A stretch of DNA of 61,718 nucleotides, filler included, from Choristocarpus tenellus KU-1152 (Eukaryota > Protista > Phaeophyceae): assembly GCA_964200185.2 (NCBI GenBank). It is 10 parts of 10 records of this genome, joined end to end, with 100 filler letters (N's around TTAATTAATTAA, not from the genome) between each part and the next. Parts side by side here need not be neighbours in the genome. Positions count along the whole stretch, not along the records: positions 1 to 3,494 come from CAXNAD020019644.1; positions 3,595 to 6,133 come from CAXNAD020026939.1; positions 6,234 to 12,328 come from CAXNAD020008951.1; positions 12,429 to 16,566 come from CAXNAD020016031.1; 6 more parts are not named here. One strand, given 5' to 3'. Positions within the stretch are counted from its first letter, which is position 1. Each line of letters opens with the position of its first letter. The translations under genes and the position numbers were made by a program. Below, piece by piece: positions 1 to 12,942 of the stretch. Below the pieces are notes generated by a model, which was not told where the DNA came from, searched no databases, and was given only the letters and a program-made list of their open reading frames with translations.

Positions 1-60
1 CCCCCCAGATACTTTGAGCCTTGTTATGTTTCCCCCCTTCAACCTTAACCCCCCTTCAAA

Positions 61-3000
61 TCACTTTGCACGAAAAGTAGCAGCAACACCGGCTGCTCGA
101 CCCTTTCCCCTCGGAGCCTCCCTAGCCGTTTTTCGTTGGATTTTGGTGAGGGTGCGTGCCTTGAGTTCCTCCCGAGTCAGCGGCAGGGCGTCCTCGCCCT
201 CACTCCCCCCACTCTCCTCTTCACTGGAATAATCCTCAAGCTTAGGGGGGTGCACGTGAATGTGCTCCTGACCGTGGGGGTTGGTGAGAGGAGCAGCAGC
301 ATTGGGTAAGGTCTATATCTGTGGCATTATGATCAAAGCCTGGGTTCGTACAAGGGCATGAGTAGTGATTAATAAGAAATAAGAATTAATCACCACCTCC
401 CTCCGGGATACATCACAGCACAGCACAAGGGAACTGTTATCACTCTGCAGAAATGTTGATTTCAGATTTTTTGTTTTACCCCAGAGCAAGGCTGGGAGCC
501 GTCATCATCTCGTCCTCATTATGTGTGGAAGTGAAAGACTGGACGAGGCCCACCGCTTACAACCTTGTATAATAGGTCAGAGCGATAGCCACCTATGAGG
601 GGGGTATCATTTAGCCTTAAGTCCCAATCGATCACCGCCTCTGTGGGTATATATGTTTTGAGGAATGGAGAAGGCGTTTTCAACTAAAATTGTGTTCATA
701 GCTAGTCTTCAATTCAATGGTCACCCCCCCTCCAAAGAAGGGTTAAGTGCTTTTCAGGCGTGGGCACTGTGTATGAATACGCAAAATTCAAAACCGCCTT
801 GAACTGGAAAAAGGACCAAAATTGACCCTTCTCTCGGATAGCGTCGCTCTGAACAAGGCTCAGGTAAGTCAAACCGTCACATAACATACTGGGAGGATCT
901 TTAACTCTTTACCAATGTTGCAATGCTTGTTTCCGTCTCATCACAAGCATATCCTAGGCTAGAATCATTTCTAAAGGAGCTGGGAAAAAATTGTAGATTT
1001 CCTGATCTAGCCTACACCGCCTTGTCCTATCTATGCATACAGAGCACATCACAGGCACAATGAACTTTATAGGTGTGCCCAAAGATGGGGGGGTGGGGCC
1101 ACTATTCCAATAGCTGTGGCAGTGGTCACTTCCATGCCAGAAAAATATATATATTTCCGCACCCTGTCTCAGCCCTTTCCATTCCAATTCGCTGATACAT
1201 GATTTCCTGAGACTGAAATACATTGGAGTTACAAAGCTCCCCTCTAGAATTCACCTTGGCTAGCTGGATAGCACCGNNNNNNNNNNGCTAACTGTTGCTT
1301 GAAGTGGGGTGATATATTCTATTATTTAAGACTCGCCACCTACCTGACCCATTGGTGTCTGTGGTCCAAGTCCAAGCACAGATGAGATAGCGAGTCCGCC
1401 CCCAGCCCCAACCGCCCCCACTCCAGGGACGGACAGGCGACTGGTCTCACCCTCCACCCCAACCTCCCCTGGCCTTGTTTCAGCCGTCGCCACTGCAAGG
1501 GCCCGACTCTTCTCCCACTCCTTCACACGAGCATATGCCTTCCAGGGTGTAGTGGTATGAAGACAAACAGGTTGTATGGGAGGGATGTTGGGGGAGGGGG
1601 AAGATCGACGGGGGGGAGTACTGGAATGTATCGCAATGAAGAGGTATTAGAGGTTCCCTCCTCGGGGGCGATTGATGTTGACGGTGAGAACTGCAAAAAA
1701 AATCAATAGATTGCGGTTACGTGGTTCTTTTGAATTGGTACAGTTACCGTTTGAATGTACATCATAGTTATTGTACTACTATGAAGGCTTGAGAGTGAAT
1801 TAGTTGCGGAAGCCTGAAGTCAATATTTAGGTATCTTCTGCTTGATAAAGGGCATCCACTGGCACCTGGAGCAGCTCATTTGTCTTCTCCTCTATCATTC
1901 CCAGGAAGGTCATCATGTTGGACTCCGTCACAGCATCATCACAGAAGGTTTCCGGGAGGGTGTCTGAGCCGAACACCTGCCTGATCAGGTGCTGTATACC
2001 GTCCTGAAGAATGTGGGTATATGTGATTGGTTGGAAATTGTGATAAGAAGGTGAACGAGTTTTCCCTCCACAACCTTTATCCCCCTCTGGAAATGACAAC
2101 AAGGTGAAGGGCAAGGTGAAGGGTAGGTTTTGAGTCAAGATTTTGCATCTACGCGGCTAGTGTCATGCCCTCGTTGGTTTTGAATATGTGATGTGATACC
2201 TCAGCTCGGTTCATGATCAATATTTTCGTGCAACATATCATTGGAGTAGCTAAGGGATGTTGAGGTTGATGTCGATTCTCAACCTCAGCGAGAGAAAGGC
2301 TATAGCATGGGGCTCAAAGTATATGGGGGGGAGGGGGTGGCGGCTGTCCATTGGGGCCATTTATCTTCACCTTACGATTTTTTTGGTGATTTGGTTGCAT
2401 ACGCCAGATGGACAACGTAAGTGCACTTTTCAATTTCCTGGTTATGGCCCAAATGGACACCCTGGTGCAGACCCCCCCCCCCAGATACTTTGGGTCTGGT
2501 CCATATTGATGTACGTGTGCCCTGTGTGGCTATTTTGCCATTGCTAATTAGTGTATACTTCGGAGTACATGGCAATTTATTTATGATTCCTGACACCTTC
2601 AAAGCTTCAATGGTCTGGCTGGTCTCCGAGATTCGTTCCTCGTACTTCCGGGACGCCACCTCAGTTTGCTGAACATGTGGAAGGGCGGGATAGTCACAAT
2701 AAGATTGCGATGTGGTATGACGGGCCACAGTTGAAAATGTGGGGATAGAACAAGGTGGAAGGTAAAGAATTGAACTCGGAGAAGGGTGGTGCTGGTTTCG
2801 TTTTTTGATATATTGCACACTATGCAACAGTATCGGCACCTGTCATGCTCCAACCACAATCAATCTCTCGGCACTGTGAGACCGCTTCTAGTGTGAGAAG
2901 CTGTGGTGACTTTCTGGATGAGGGGGCCATACTATTATTTATGCAGTGTGGGTCATCACTGAGGTGCAAAGAAATGTACTTCTTCCTTATGGTGCCACAA

Positions 3001-3289
3001 CAAACAGGCAATTATCATGATCATAGTTTCATCATGGCCATAACCATATCATAACCATAGCCATCACCACATCATAACCATCATCATTCTTCATTGCCCC
3101 TGCCTGGCTACTGGGTTCCTCCAGTATCAACAATTCAACGAATGTTTCCCTTCACAATAGCTTTCTAGAATTCGGATCAGTGAGGATTTAGCATTGACAA
3201 AAAACGACAGGCAAGACTTGGACTTTCTTCTGCTCACGAACCCTTGCCTCCGTCCTCAACCCTCTGCTACATTTTTCTCTATAAACATC
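61..3289 (-). CDS. Outer dynein arm docking complex subunit (ODAD1/CCDC114/ODA-DC2-like), 3' exons only
   Basis: Phase-0 GT-AG exons 2668-2597 (QTEVASRKYEERISETSQTIEALK), 2003-1866 (DGIQHLIRQVFG...VTESNMMTFLGMIEEKTNELLQ), 1538-1344 (AYARVKEW...LGLGPQTPMGQ) and 267-61 (EHIHVHPPKLEDYSSEEE...PLTREELKARTL...stop). Tentative exon ~3289-3218. VTESNM..LG.IE..TNE.LQ and DYSS.EE...PLTREEL match the ODA-DC2 C-terminus as I recall it. 5' exons not found, possibly in gaps. Confidence 0.8.
2311..2496. mobile_element. MITE family B, complete copy in an ODAD1-like intron
   Basis: Termini GGCTCAAAGTATATGGGGGG ... CCCCCCAGATACTTTGGGTC; inner inverted GTCCATT/AAATGGAC motifs; several homologous copies in the window. 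Confidence 0.85.
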
Positions 3290-3829
3290 CTTTTACATTG
3301 ACTGAAGCTGGAGAATGTCCTGAAGCTGGATTATACTGCCATACTCAGTATATAAATTATCTTGGAGAGAGTCCCACAATAAAATTCAACACATACACTC
3401 CTTGCGCAAAATTGTAGTGCCCACCCCCCACCCCCCACCCCCCTTCCCTGTGCTGAAAAGCAGGCAACATGGGAGGGTTGACCATGCGCCCCACNNNNNN
3501 NNNNNNNNNNNNNNNNNNNNNNNNNNNNNNNNNNNNNNTTAATTAATTAANNNNNNNNNNNNNNNNNNNNNNNNNNNNNNNNNNNNNNNNNNNNGGGGGG
3601 AGTGTCGAGTGTCTGTTTTGGGTCCTTTTTTTGAAATGGCGATTTTGGGATTTGCTTGCATGTATCGGATTTTCAATGTTTCCCAAAAGAGTTTCATCAA
3701 CAGTTAGCTCCCCAAGAAGGATGGAACACACATGGGAATTGTGATTTCATTCATCAATGAAGGATTCCACCTCTATCCACCTTTCCTTACCCTCCACAGC
3801 TCCTTCCCCCTTTCCCATCATCCTCACGT

Positions 3830-4091
3830 GAGCCAAAGTATCTTTTAGAGGGTAGAACCGTGTTCATTTGGGGGCCAAAATCCAATGTCTTGATTTCGAT
3901 ACATTTTTGGCTATCATGTTTGCTAGGAAGTGTCAATATCCTTGTTCTGGACACACCTTTTTCATAACATACATATTTTTCCTACTCCGAAATATTTTGG
4001 AGTAGGAAGATGTCGTAAAAAACCCCATGGGAAGCCAAGCCCCAAACGGACAAACAGGGCAAAACTCGTACCCTCCAAAAAACTTTTACTC
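3830..4091. mobile_element. MITE family A, TSD ACGT
   Basis: GAGCCAAAGTATCTTTTAGAGGGTA ... TACCCTCCAAAAAACTTTTACTC, with ACGT at 3826-3829 and 4092-4095. Confidence 0.9.
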
Positions 4092-4439
4092 ACGTCCACT
4101 ATTTGTAAACAAGCATGATCCTAGAGCAGTCGTAAGAGATACATTGTCCAGAGGGGCAGTCCCCATCTACACGCCCTGTGCAACCCTCGATTTGCCATAT
4201 ACACTGACTTTGTTCAGTCCACGGTCTCAACCAGTGTCATGACTAACAAAGCAGCCAACATATGCTCAACACACACACACACATCTACTTTCCCACATGC
4301 GTGTGCTTGTAGTCTGTACGATGACCTTGAACTGTTTCAGAGAGCAAGCTGAAGTGATCAAGGGGCTTCACATTTTTTCTTAGTATACGGTCACTATGAA
4401 CACATCAATTTCGCATGACACTTGTCAGCGGTTCTTGGG

Positions 4440-4790
4440 TCCATGCTATCCTCGCCGACATCTTCGTACATCAAAGGTGGGCTCTTGTTTCGTCCACCTT
4501 TCGACGAGAACGAATTTACCCGAGTCTTCGTCCCCCAATGCCCATTGTCCCGAACCCCGAGACAGTTTCTCTGATGCCATTCCCTTCGATGTCGGTCCTG
4601 TTGAAATATTCCAAACTGGACCCACGGCTTTGGTGCTTTGATGAAAGACAATGAATAGCTTGATTTAGATATGCAAAGTTATTATTACAAGGGGCTTGTG
4701 GTCTCGATTCCGCTGACTGACTTGTGGGGCGAGACAGGTGCAGACTACCACGAGGGGTTTGCAACGTCCACATGGGTATCAGAAAAGAAT
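4440..4790 (+). pseudogene. Degenerate Ty3/Gypsy integrase relic (H2C2 region to start of core)
   Basis: Broken frames GLLFRPP...RVFVPQCPL and KGLVVSIPLTDLWGETGADYHEGFATS resemble Gypsy GLL.R...L.VP and GLL.PIP..PW..IG.DF..GLP.S; stops and frameshifts present. Confidence 0.45.
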
Positions 4791-5134
4791 ACTATCACTG
4801 TATCATATATACGTTGTGCGGACCTGAACTAAGATATACCGAAACATATATCTTGCTCTACTTTTCCTCCATTACTACATTACTCCACTGGTGGTGTTTA
4901 TCTTTCCTAATCTTCTCTACCGATGGTGTTTAAAGTGTATCAGCAGCTCTATCTACGAACACTCTCCCTAGCTGCGCAGACACTATACACACCCTTAGAA
5001 TCTGCTTCTCTAAAAACTTAAACAAACTTGTGCTAACTCTCTCAGAAACAATGCCAGAAATATACACTCTGACACCAATTTTGACATCGGGTCTGTGTAG
5101 GTACTATAAATCAGTCATCAATCTACTACCGTTC

Positions 5135-5780
5135 TATTGCAGTCTCTGTCTAAATATTCTTGGGTCTATTCTCCTGTAGGTCCTTGACAATACCATGTTG
5201 TATCTCATACAATCAACAAAATCCTCCCTAGTACATCATTGCATGCAATAAATAGAAAAACAGTAGTTTCCATCAATACTGGTCTGGGGTCATTAAAAAT
5301 CATCCACCCATCTGTCCAATTGCACAGTCTCATGTGGAAACATTCTCGGGTACTTTCTCCTGCAGGACCTTAGCAACACCATGTTGCGTCTCCCACAATC
5401 CATGAAATGGCAGGGCCCTTAGCGATACATGTTGCGTCTCCTACAATCAACAAGACCTCCCTGGTAGTACATCACAACTGCAGGTCACTGGAACACAGAT
5501 GCAACCTCATATCTACCTTCCTATTGTAGTCTCCAGTGGAAAAATTATCGGATACTTCTCCTGCAGGTCCTTAGCAATCCCATGTTACATCTCCTACAAT
5601 CAGCAAAATCTCCCTAGTACGTCACTACTACAAGTCACCGGAATACAGCAATATGGTAGAGCTGTTGCTTCCTACCTATCCTACCACAATCTCTACGAAC
5701 ATATTCTGGGGTATTTTCTACTGTGGGTCCTTCGCCATACCAAGTTGCGTCTCCCACGATCCACGAAATGTCCCTAGTGT
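5135..5780. repeat. Degenerate tandem repeat, about 4-5 units of up to ~190 bp
   Basis: Core TCTCCTG(C/T)AGGTCCTTAGCAA..CCATGTTGCGTCTCC.ACAATC recurs near 5170, 5355, 5415 (partial), 5557 and 5717. Confidence 0.75.
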
Positions 5781-6639
5781 AGCATCTAAAGCGAATCCTT
5801 GGAAAAGAGTAGTACTAATCAATTGAATTTCTTATGTCTGACATATACCATACACGAAGAAAATCTCTCCCTGACTTTAATAGTTCTTCTACCTAAAGTC
5901 AGTCTGCATACAACATCACAGCTGTCACTTGACTAGTGTGGGTATGCACCAAAATACACAAGACAAATAGGGGAACAAACTGAAATAAAATAATTTGGAA
6001 GAACAAACACAAGGGGAAGACAGTCACAAGCGGAAATTTTCCATGTCACAGAAGTAAGAGCTTCTGACGAAGCCTTCCAACCTGCCCAGTCTCAAACTGA
6101 TGTCTTCCACCTCTCGAGATTCGGTTGGGGGGGNNNNNNNNNNNNNNNNNNNNNNNNNNNNNNNNNNNNNNNNNNNNTTAATTAATTAANNNNNNNNNNN
6201 NNNNNNNNNNNNNNNNNNNNNNNNNNNNNNNNNTAATTCGTTTGTACATAATATATTTTGTGAAGGACCATCAACAAGTATTGAAGGAGGCTCAAAATCA
6301 TGATTGGAAACAAAGGACTACGACTGCCATGCAACCAAAACCCCCTTCTACTATGTATCACAACAACATCATGCTGCTTGGAACGCTCTGAAAACACCCT
6401 CATGGATTAAACTAAATACATGTTGTCGCCGCCGTCACCCGTGGCAGTTATTACTATCCGCCACAACAAATATCCGTACTCAGCTCTCAATACACACCGC
6501 TCATTCTCCAAGAGGCCTACGAGGTATACTTTACGTACACGAATATCTGCCACATGCTTGCTAATCCAGCATCTCTACATTTCTCTAGCACCGCAACGGG
6601 GCCGAAAGTGTGCAGCGGTAAACCTAACCCGCCTGTTTG

Positions 6640-9600
6640 GCTCCAGCGTTTGCGTTGGAGCCAAAGGTCTCTTCCGTGCCGCCGTACTACTCCGTCCTGT
6701 ATCCGTTTCAAGGACTGGTACTTCCACGGCCATCCGCAAGGGCACCCCCGTACATGCACCTGCACCAGCAGACGCCTACCTCCCCTCCCCCGTACCAAGG
6801 TTTTCCTTCTCTTCATCGTCCTCGTCGTACTCGTCCTCCTTCTGCTGCTCCTCGTCCTCCTTCTCCTCTTCATCCTCCTCCTCGTTCTCCTCCTTGTCGT
6901 CGTCAGTGTTGTCCTCCTTTTCGTCCCCATTCTGCCCCCCCCTCTCCTCTCCTCGTCCCTTGAATTTAGTCTTTAGTCCTTCTCCCACAAAGTCCCCCCT
7001 TTCCCTCGCCTCGATAGCAGACCGTAGAACTGTCAAGACCTTGGTAGGAGTGTTTTTGCCGTTCCCAACAAGTTTGTCGCAAGTCGAAACAATACCCGCC
7101 ACAGGTTCCCAGCTTACGTCTTTAACCCGCTTCGGTTTCCCATTTCGCCCGGATCTATCACCAGCGTGTATGTAATCTTCGACAAAAGCACTTTTCCCGT
7201 ACTTTTCAAGGGTCAGAAACGCGGCGTTGTCACGTGTGTGGTCACTGGTCGGCCGAAGCCAGTGAAGATCCACCTCACGCTCCCCGTCATCGCCGACGCG
7301 CTCCGCTAGGATCTTGTTGACCAAGAACGGCGCCTCTGTTGCCACAAAAAAGGCAAACTGCCTTCCTGCACGGTGACGAGGTTTCCATCGTTCGCCAATC
7401 TCAAGGTAGCATGAGGCCAACCCTGTCGACGGAAGGCAGCTTCTTCCGTGTCACTGTCCGATGAGGAAGAGTCTGTTTCCTCGAGCCCACCGAGATCATT
7501 GTCACCGCTGACGAGATTACCTCCTCCACCCAAACGTTCGCCCTCGTCGGTTTCTTCGATCTTGCTGGTACCTGTTCCAGCGTTATCGTCATCGGTGGGA
7601 AGTCAATGGACTGGGAGGTCGGACTCTCGTTCCCCTGTCTTTTTGAGAAGCCGCACAGACTCGCTTTGCTCGTGTTTCGCTCTCTGAACGGCTTCATCGT
7701 CTGCGAAGGTGGATGGCATGAGCACGAGAACATCAACGGTATGGAAGTATGAATGTGACTTTGTAACCAGCCGTAAGGTTGCACGAATGCGCTCGGGGAG
7801 CATGTAGTGAGATGAAGGGTGTAGATTTCGTAGGATTCGTTTATTTTGAGTACAAGACCACTACCCTCAAAACAATTATCGCCGATGATCTATAGTACTT
7901 GTTTATAGTTACACGCGACGATCACTACATTTGAGAATGGAATATTCTTCAAGATTGTTTTTGTAAAGGCTGTAAAGGCTGCCTCGTACAGATTTTTCCA
8001 GATTTTTTTGGCTGCCACCGAATACAAAAATTGGCCATCAACTCCCCTCACGAAATGTTCGACTTACCCAGTGGGTACGCAGCAGTGAGGCGCTCATGCG
8101 ACGCCTGGTACCGCTGCTCCACCTTCATGATGACGTCTTCGGGAACGGTCTTGAGCTGGTAGGGTGGTGCATCTTGGAGACGAGGCGGGTGGCCGATGAA
8201 GAGGTCGTGCGGAGGGGCATTGGGGTCGATAGCAACATTGGCGCCTATTCCACTCCATGCAGTGCTCTGCATGTATTGCTTTACGCTAACCTTAACCCGC
8301 CTATCACCGCCTTTTTCAACGCGAAAAGCCCTGTAGCTCGTGATGTTGGGAACACGGTTAACACGACCGCGAAGGAGTCCCTTGAAGTTGCCCTCGTTCC
8401 GTAGGGTCTTCCAGTAGACTGGAACCTCCGCGCAAGAGGCCTGCAGCTCTTCACCCAGCTGTGTTCTTGTGAAGATGTTCTTCCCTTTTATACCACGTGA
8501 GAACCTGCTCGTGAAATGCAAGCAAGTTAATTTTGAGGCGGGCACGAAAGGAACGAAGTGGAGAAGCAAGATATATATGCAGGCACATGCTCTGATGCGT
8601 GTATATGGAAGTGTAAATATAAAAAGGGGTGATGCGTACATTTTTTGTTTCGAGACTAGGTTACAGTACAGTTTTGCCAGCTGCTCTTATCGTGCAATTT
8701 TGTTGTGGGGAAATCAAAAGACAATCAATCAATTGCAGTGTATGACCATAAACCTTCCAGAGTGGCAACAAGCGTGGACTGCAAGTCTTAAGGTAGAGTC
8801 TTGATGTGCGTGTGCCCCACCATCATAAAATGTATCTCGACCACACGAATGACACTTGCCGCGACCAACAGCCCCGCATATCCGAGGAAGAAATTGTTCT
8901 TGTTCTCTGAGACGCAGTTGTCGACCTGGCTAGTTTGGGGAGTTGGGAGCGACGGAGGGATAGGCGTGAGGCCGATATGTCAGCCCGTTTCACCACGTTT
9001 CGTGGAGAAACAGGGCGTGTTTCCTGTAGTGCTAGAGCACAAGTTCTACATCACCACCATCATACATACAAGTTGCAACCCACAAACCAAAACTAAATAC
9101 CACGCAGTTAGTTACTTGGTAGTCGCTATTCGGCGAGTAGATCGCAAGTAGGTAGTCTCAAGATGAAACTTTCTTACCTGCCAATGCGCGTGCTGGATGA
9201 TGCAACCACCCGCGTGATCGAGGCTGTTGTGATACTTGTCGATAAGCCTTGTGAGGGCAAGGTGGGTGGCTGCGCAGACAAGGTTACAACCTGCACGAAC
9301 AATGATATCTGTCGTTAGTTGGCAAATAGTACTCTGCTTACTTACGCATTGTTTACTTGGAGCTAAAAAGAGGGGTAATGGAATGTGTTTTTGCGATGTA
9401 GAGCACATACACCCGACTGGCTGATATAGATGTCTGTCGGTTTCTCTCCTCCTTGATTAGCTCTTACACTCCTCTCGCCTTTCCGAAGCTGAGGCGTACG
9501 AGGGCAGGGGAGCACAGCGCATCATCAGCTAATCGACTGTTCACCTGGCCTGTGGTATCTGTAGGCAAATCGTGCAAGGATGTACTCGTCCTCGGGTATC

Positions 9601-11620
9601 TAACATGCGGCGGGTCCCCTCACCATGACGGTAAATCAAGTGGTGCGTGTGCAACCAGCATCTATTCGGTCGTGTGATTGTTGTGCCACAACCCACAATA
9701 CGTACCTCCTCCAAGATTTTGAGGAGTGAAGAACATCTCCGCGAACTGGCCTTCGACGTGTGCGGCCATGATCTTCTGGTGCTCGGAGTAGCCCCTGATA
9801 ACTAGGACATGAACCAAAGAAACGTGTAAAGAAAGGTGTTGATGATGAACGGAACAGGTAGTGGAATTATGCGCGTCTGTTATGGTGGTTATTTCTTGGG
9901 ACTTTGCACTCACTCGTTGAATAAAACAGGGTGGTCTATTCTGTTCTGCGTGCGGCTACAAATTTATTGACAAATGGACTATGCGTGCGTGTGGTTACCT
10001 GTCACCGCCGTGGGTAGGTGGGTAAAGTGCTGGGAGGGCGTGGGATGTCTGGTTCGCCGCGTCTACAGACATGAACACGAAGCCGAGAGGTTTGCCATCG
10101 GCTTTGGCCCGCATGGCACTGCTGGTGTTGTTGGCGATGACCATCTGATCGGCTTGGATAATCTGGCGAGTGGGGGAGAGCAACATCACGTCTATAAATA
10201 AAATAAATCTGCTTGGAGTTGTAAAAAAAAGACCACTTGTTAACACGTACCAGGTACGTGACAAAAACCGAGTGTAGGTAACAATAAATGTTTGTCCTTG
10301 CTCCTATTTTTTACTGCTGCATTCAAGGCAAAGACAGTATTATCGGCACGGGAACAAGTACGTATGTACGGGGCTGGAAGACCGCAACATGACATGTCCC
10401 TCCCACAGCCCGTTGTAGACGACCAGGAAACGGTCCATCACACAAGGTGTTTGGGCAACTAATAACAACAGTTTTGCGCTGAGTGAGGCTGCTGCTGCTG
10501 CCATAAGCACCTGCATCGGAGTCTTCATTCGCAAAAGGCAACAGATGTTGTTCCCAATGGAGGGCAATGACGGCGACATGTTGCCACTGTACGATTGTCG
10601 CAAAATTAAACGCTGGGCACCTACCTTTCGATGGTTTGACAGCTCCTTGTCGATGGACCCGAGGACGGTGGAGTCACTCGTGAGTTTTACACCAGGCGCA
10701 CCGTGCCGTTTCTCTTTCAACGTGACACATATGTCACATTTCATTAATTCGCCTCCTACCCTCACCCTAGTGTTGGGCCTTTCCTCTCTGAGCAATCGGA
10801 GGAAGTGCGCCTTTCTTACCCGCTTGGAAGTGTCGTCAGGATACACCCATATTGCCTCTTTGCAAAAATCCTTGTATAGCTCCTAATTAATAATGTTGTT
10901 TGTGAGGACAAGTGAGGAATTATTGAGAAGGAACATTCGAAGAACACCGCTCATGATCTCTCGAAGGCGGGCTGACCAATAACTTAACTGACAACACAGA
11001 AGACAGGATCAAGCAAGCTTACATCGTGCGTAATGAAAGAGAAAATAGAATGATCTTCGTAAATCTGCCACGAGCGTCATTCTCTTTGGGTCTCGCCGCC
11101 GTTTGCAGAAACGTAAAGGAGATGAATCTACTATCATCATCATCATCATCGCGAAGTCCTTGAGATATATGAAGTACACACTTTTACTACCAAGGTCAGA
11201 CCGGGCCTGGGGCTGCAGAGTAGGTGTACACAGCGGTGAAATAACAGTTGCTGTGCCTTCCTCCGTAAAAGCAACGAAGAGTATCATCATCATCATTGTA
11301 GTCTCGACATTACAAAGAAAAAAAATAGTACTTTGTAAGAAGCTTCACATTTTCAAATAACCATAATCTCAGACTAGTCAAAGTAATAACCACCCACCAC
11401 TCGAAATACTCCTTCGATCCACTTCTTCTACGTACTGCTGGGTCACACGGTTTGCAATTAACTCCAACGCAGGGTGTGGCCAACCTCTCCACTACCAAGG
11501 GCAAAACCTACCTCTTTGTTCGCGACGTAGATCACAATTGCGGTCTTGTGAGGCATGAACTCCGTACGTATCCACCCAGTAGTCTATCCAGGACATCACC
11601 AGGTCTCGCTTCGGAGTCAT
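6640..11620 (-). pseudogene. Intron-containing Sola-like / DUF7869-type DDD transposase, inactivated
   Basis: Spliceable exons ~11620-11512, 10882-10625 (KCDICVTLK...NHRK), 10162-9999 (FMSVDAANQ..ALP), 9794-9706, 9290-9178, 8925-~8800 (VDNCVSENKNNFFLGY...HFMMVGHTHIK), 8504-8068 (FSRGIKGKNIFT...), then an acidic C-terminal region ~7860-6640. Phases are consistent from 10882 to 8925. Frameshifts near 11560, 7605 and 7360. The expected IDQ.FS segment after GHTH is replaced by a stop. Confidence 0.7.
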
Positions 11621-12428
11621 GTCCTTCTCTTTGTTCGTGCCGTTCCTATTGTAGTGGCGCACATATATATATATGGATGGGAGTTGTGTTGGAGGTGGAT
11701 ATAAGGGACGGTGGATGGAATCGTAGAGGAATCGTATGCCGGCAGTAGATCTCTAATTCTGTAGGTATTTACGCGTGGTAACTGCAGCAGCAGCGCAAGG
11801 ACGGCCGGATGAGATGATATTGTTGAAGCATAAATAAACATATCACTGTCAAGATTATTCTTAACAATTTGTGAGAATATGATTTCAAGTATTATTTTAT
11901 GTACGCACAGAAGATAATGAGGGATATTCGGGATATTTAGATGGGGTATTTGATCGGAAGTAATCGACGGACTATTAGAGTCGGAGTGTTTCTGACGGGT
12001 AGTTGAGAACCGTTGAGTCATTTGGTATTCTGAGTCATTCAACGTTTGGATAGGTGAGCCCTACCTAGTGCAGGTATCTCATTCTCTTCTCAGCTATGGT
12101 ACAAGCTAATAAACAATAATATAACTAGTTGTGTGGGACAACAGATCGTCAAGGACAGCTTAACATGCTATAGCACCCTATTAAGCGTGCTTGCGTAGTT
12201 ATTATACTTGGATTTTAGCTATCACCAGGAAGGAGTCAAGATAAACCATGATGCCCAAATCAAGAATCGATTCAAGTCTTAACTCCATTGATGACGGAAT
12301 GGAAGAACTGACTATGACCCGGGGGGGGNNNNNNNNNNNNNNNNNNNNNNNNNNNNNNNNNNNNNNNNNNNNTTAATTAATTAANNNNNNNNNNNNNNNN
12401 NNNNNNNNNNNNNNNNNNNNNNNNNNNN

Positions 12429-12494
12429 CACTTTTCCTGGTTATTGCCCACATGGACACCCTGGTGTAGACCCCCCCCCCAGGTACGTTTGGTC
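12429..12494. mobile_element. MITE family B, right part (truncated by gap)
   Basis: CACTTTTCCTGGTTATTGCCCACATGGACACCCTGGTGTAGACCCCCCCCCCAGGTACGTTTGGTC matches 2425-2496. Confidence 0.75.
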
Positions 12495-12942
12495 ACAACT
12501 GAAGGAAATGGAGGCCTCGGTGAATACCATTGGGATTCCCAAACAAACCTTCCTCTTCTTCTGGCAGGCGTCTTTTGCACCATCTTCAGGAGTATTAATG
12601 TCACATCTCTCGGACACCTTGTGGTTCCTGTCAAAGCAACAATGCCGAGTCTGTTCAGCATTGGGTCAAGTGCAAAGTCTGGACTCACTCATTCAGCACA
12701 AGGACTAGATAGCAGATTTGAACACATATGTGCAGGCAGAAAAAATGCCTTAGCTAAGCAGTAACATGGCTCTTGTCAATATGCCTTGCCTGGGTTTTGT
12801 AGGTAAGCTGAAGCAGGTTTTTGTTGGCTTTTTAGGTAACCGGAGACATGATGCTCTGACCTCAAGTAGAATAGCAACATGTATTGACAACCATGTTTTG
12901 TTCTAAAACTAAATCTGGAGTCATGCATATTGCTAGCCTTAC

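Noticed and set aside
6420-7175. 251-aa Ser-rich + strand ORF and overlapping Leu/Pro-rich ORFs
   Set aside because: Antisense shadows of the acidic low-complexity tail of the minus-strand transposase relic.
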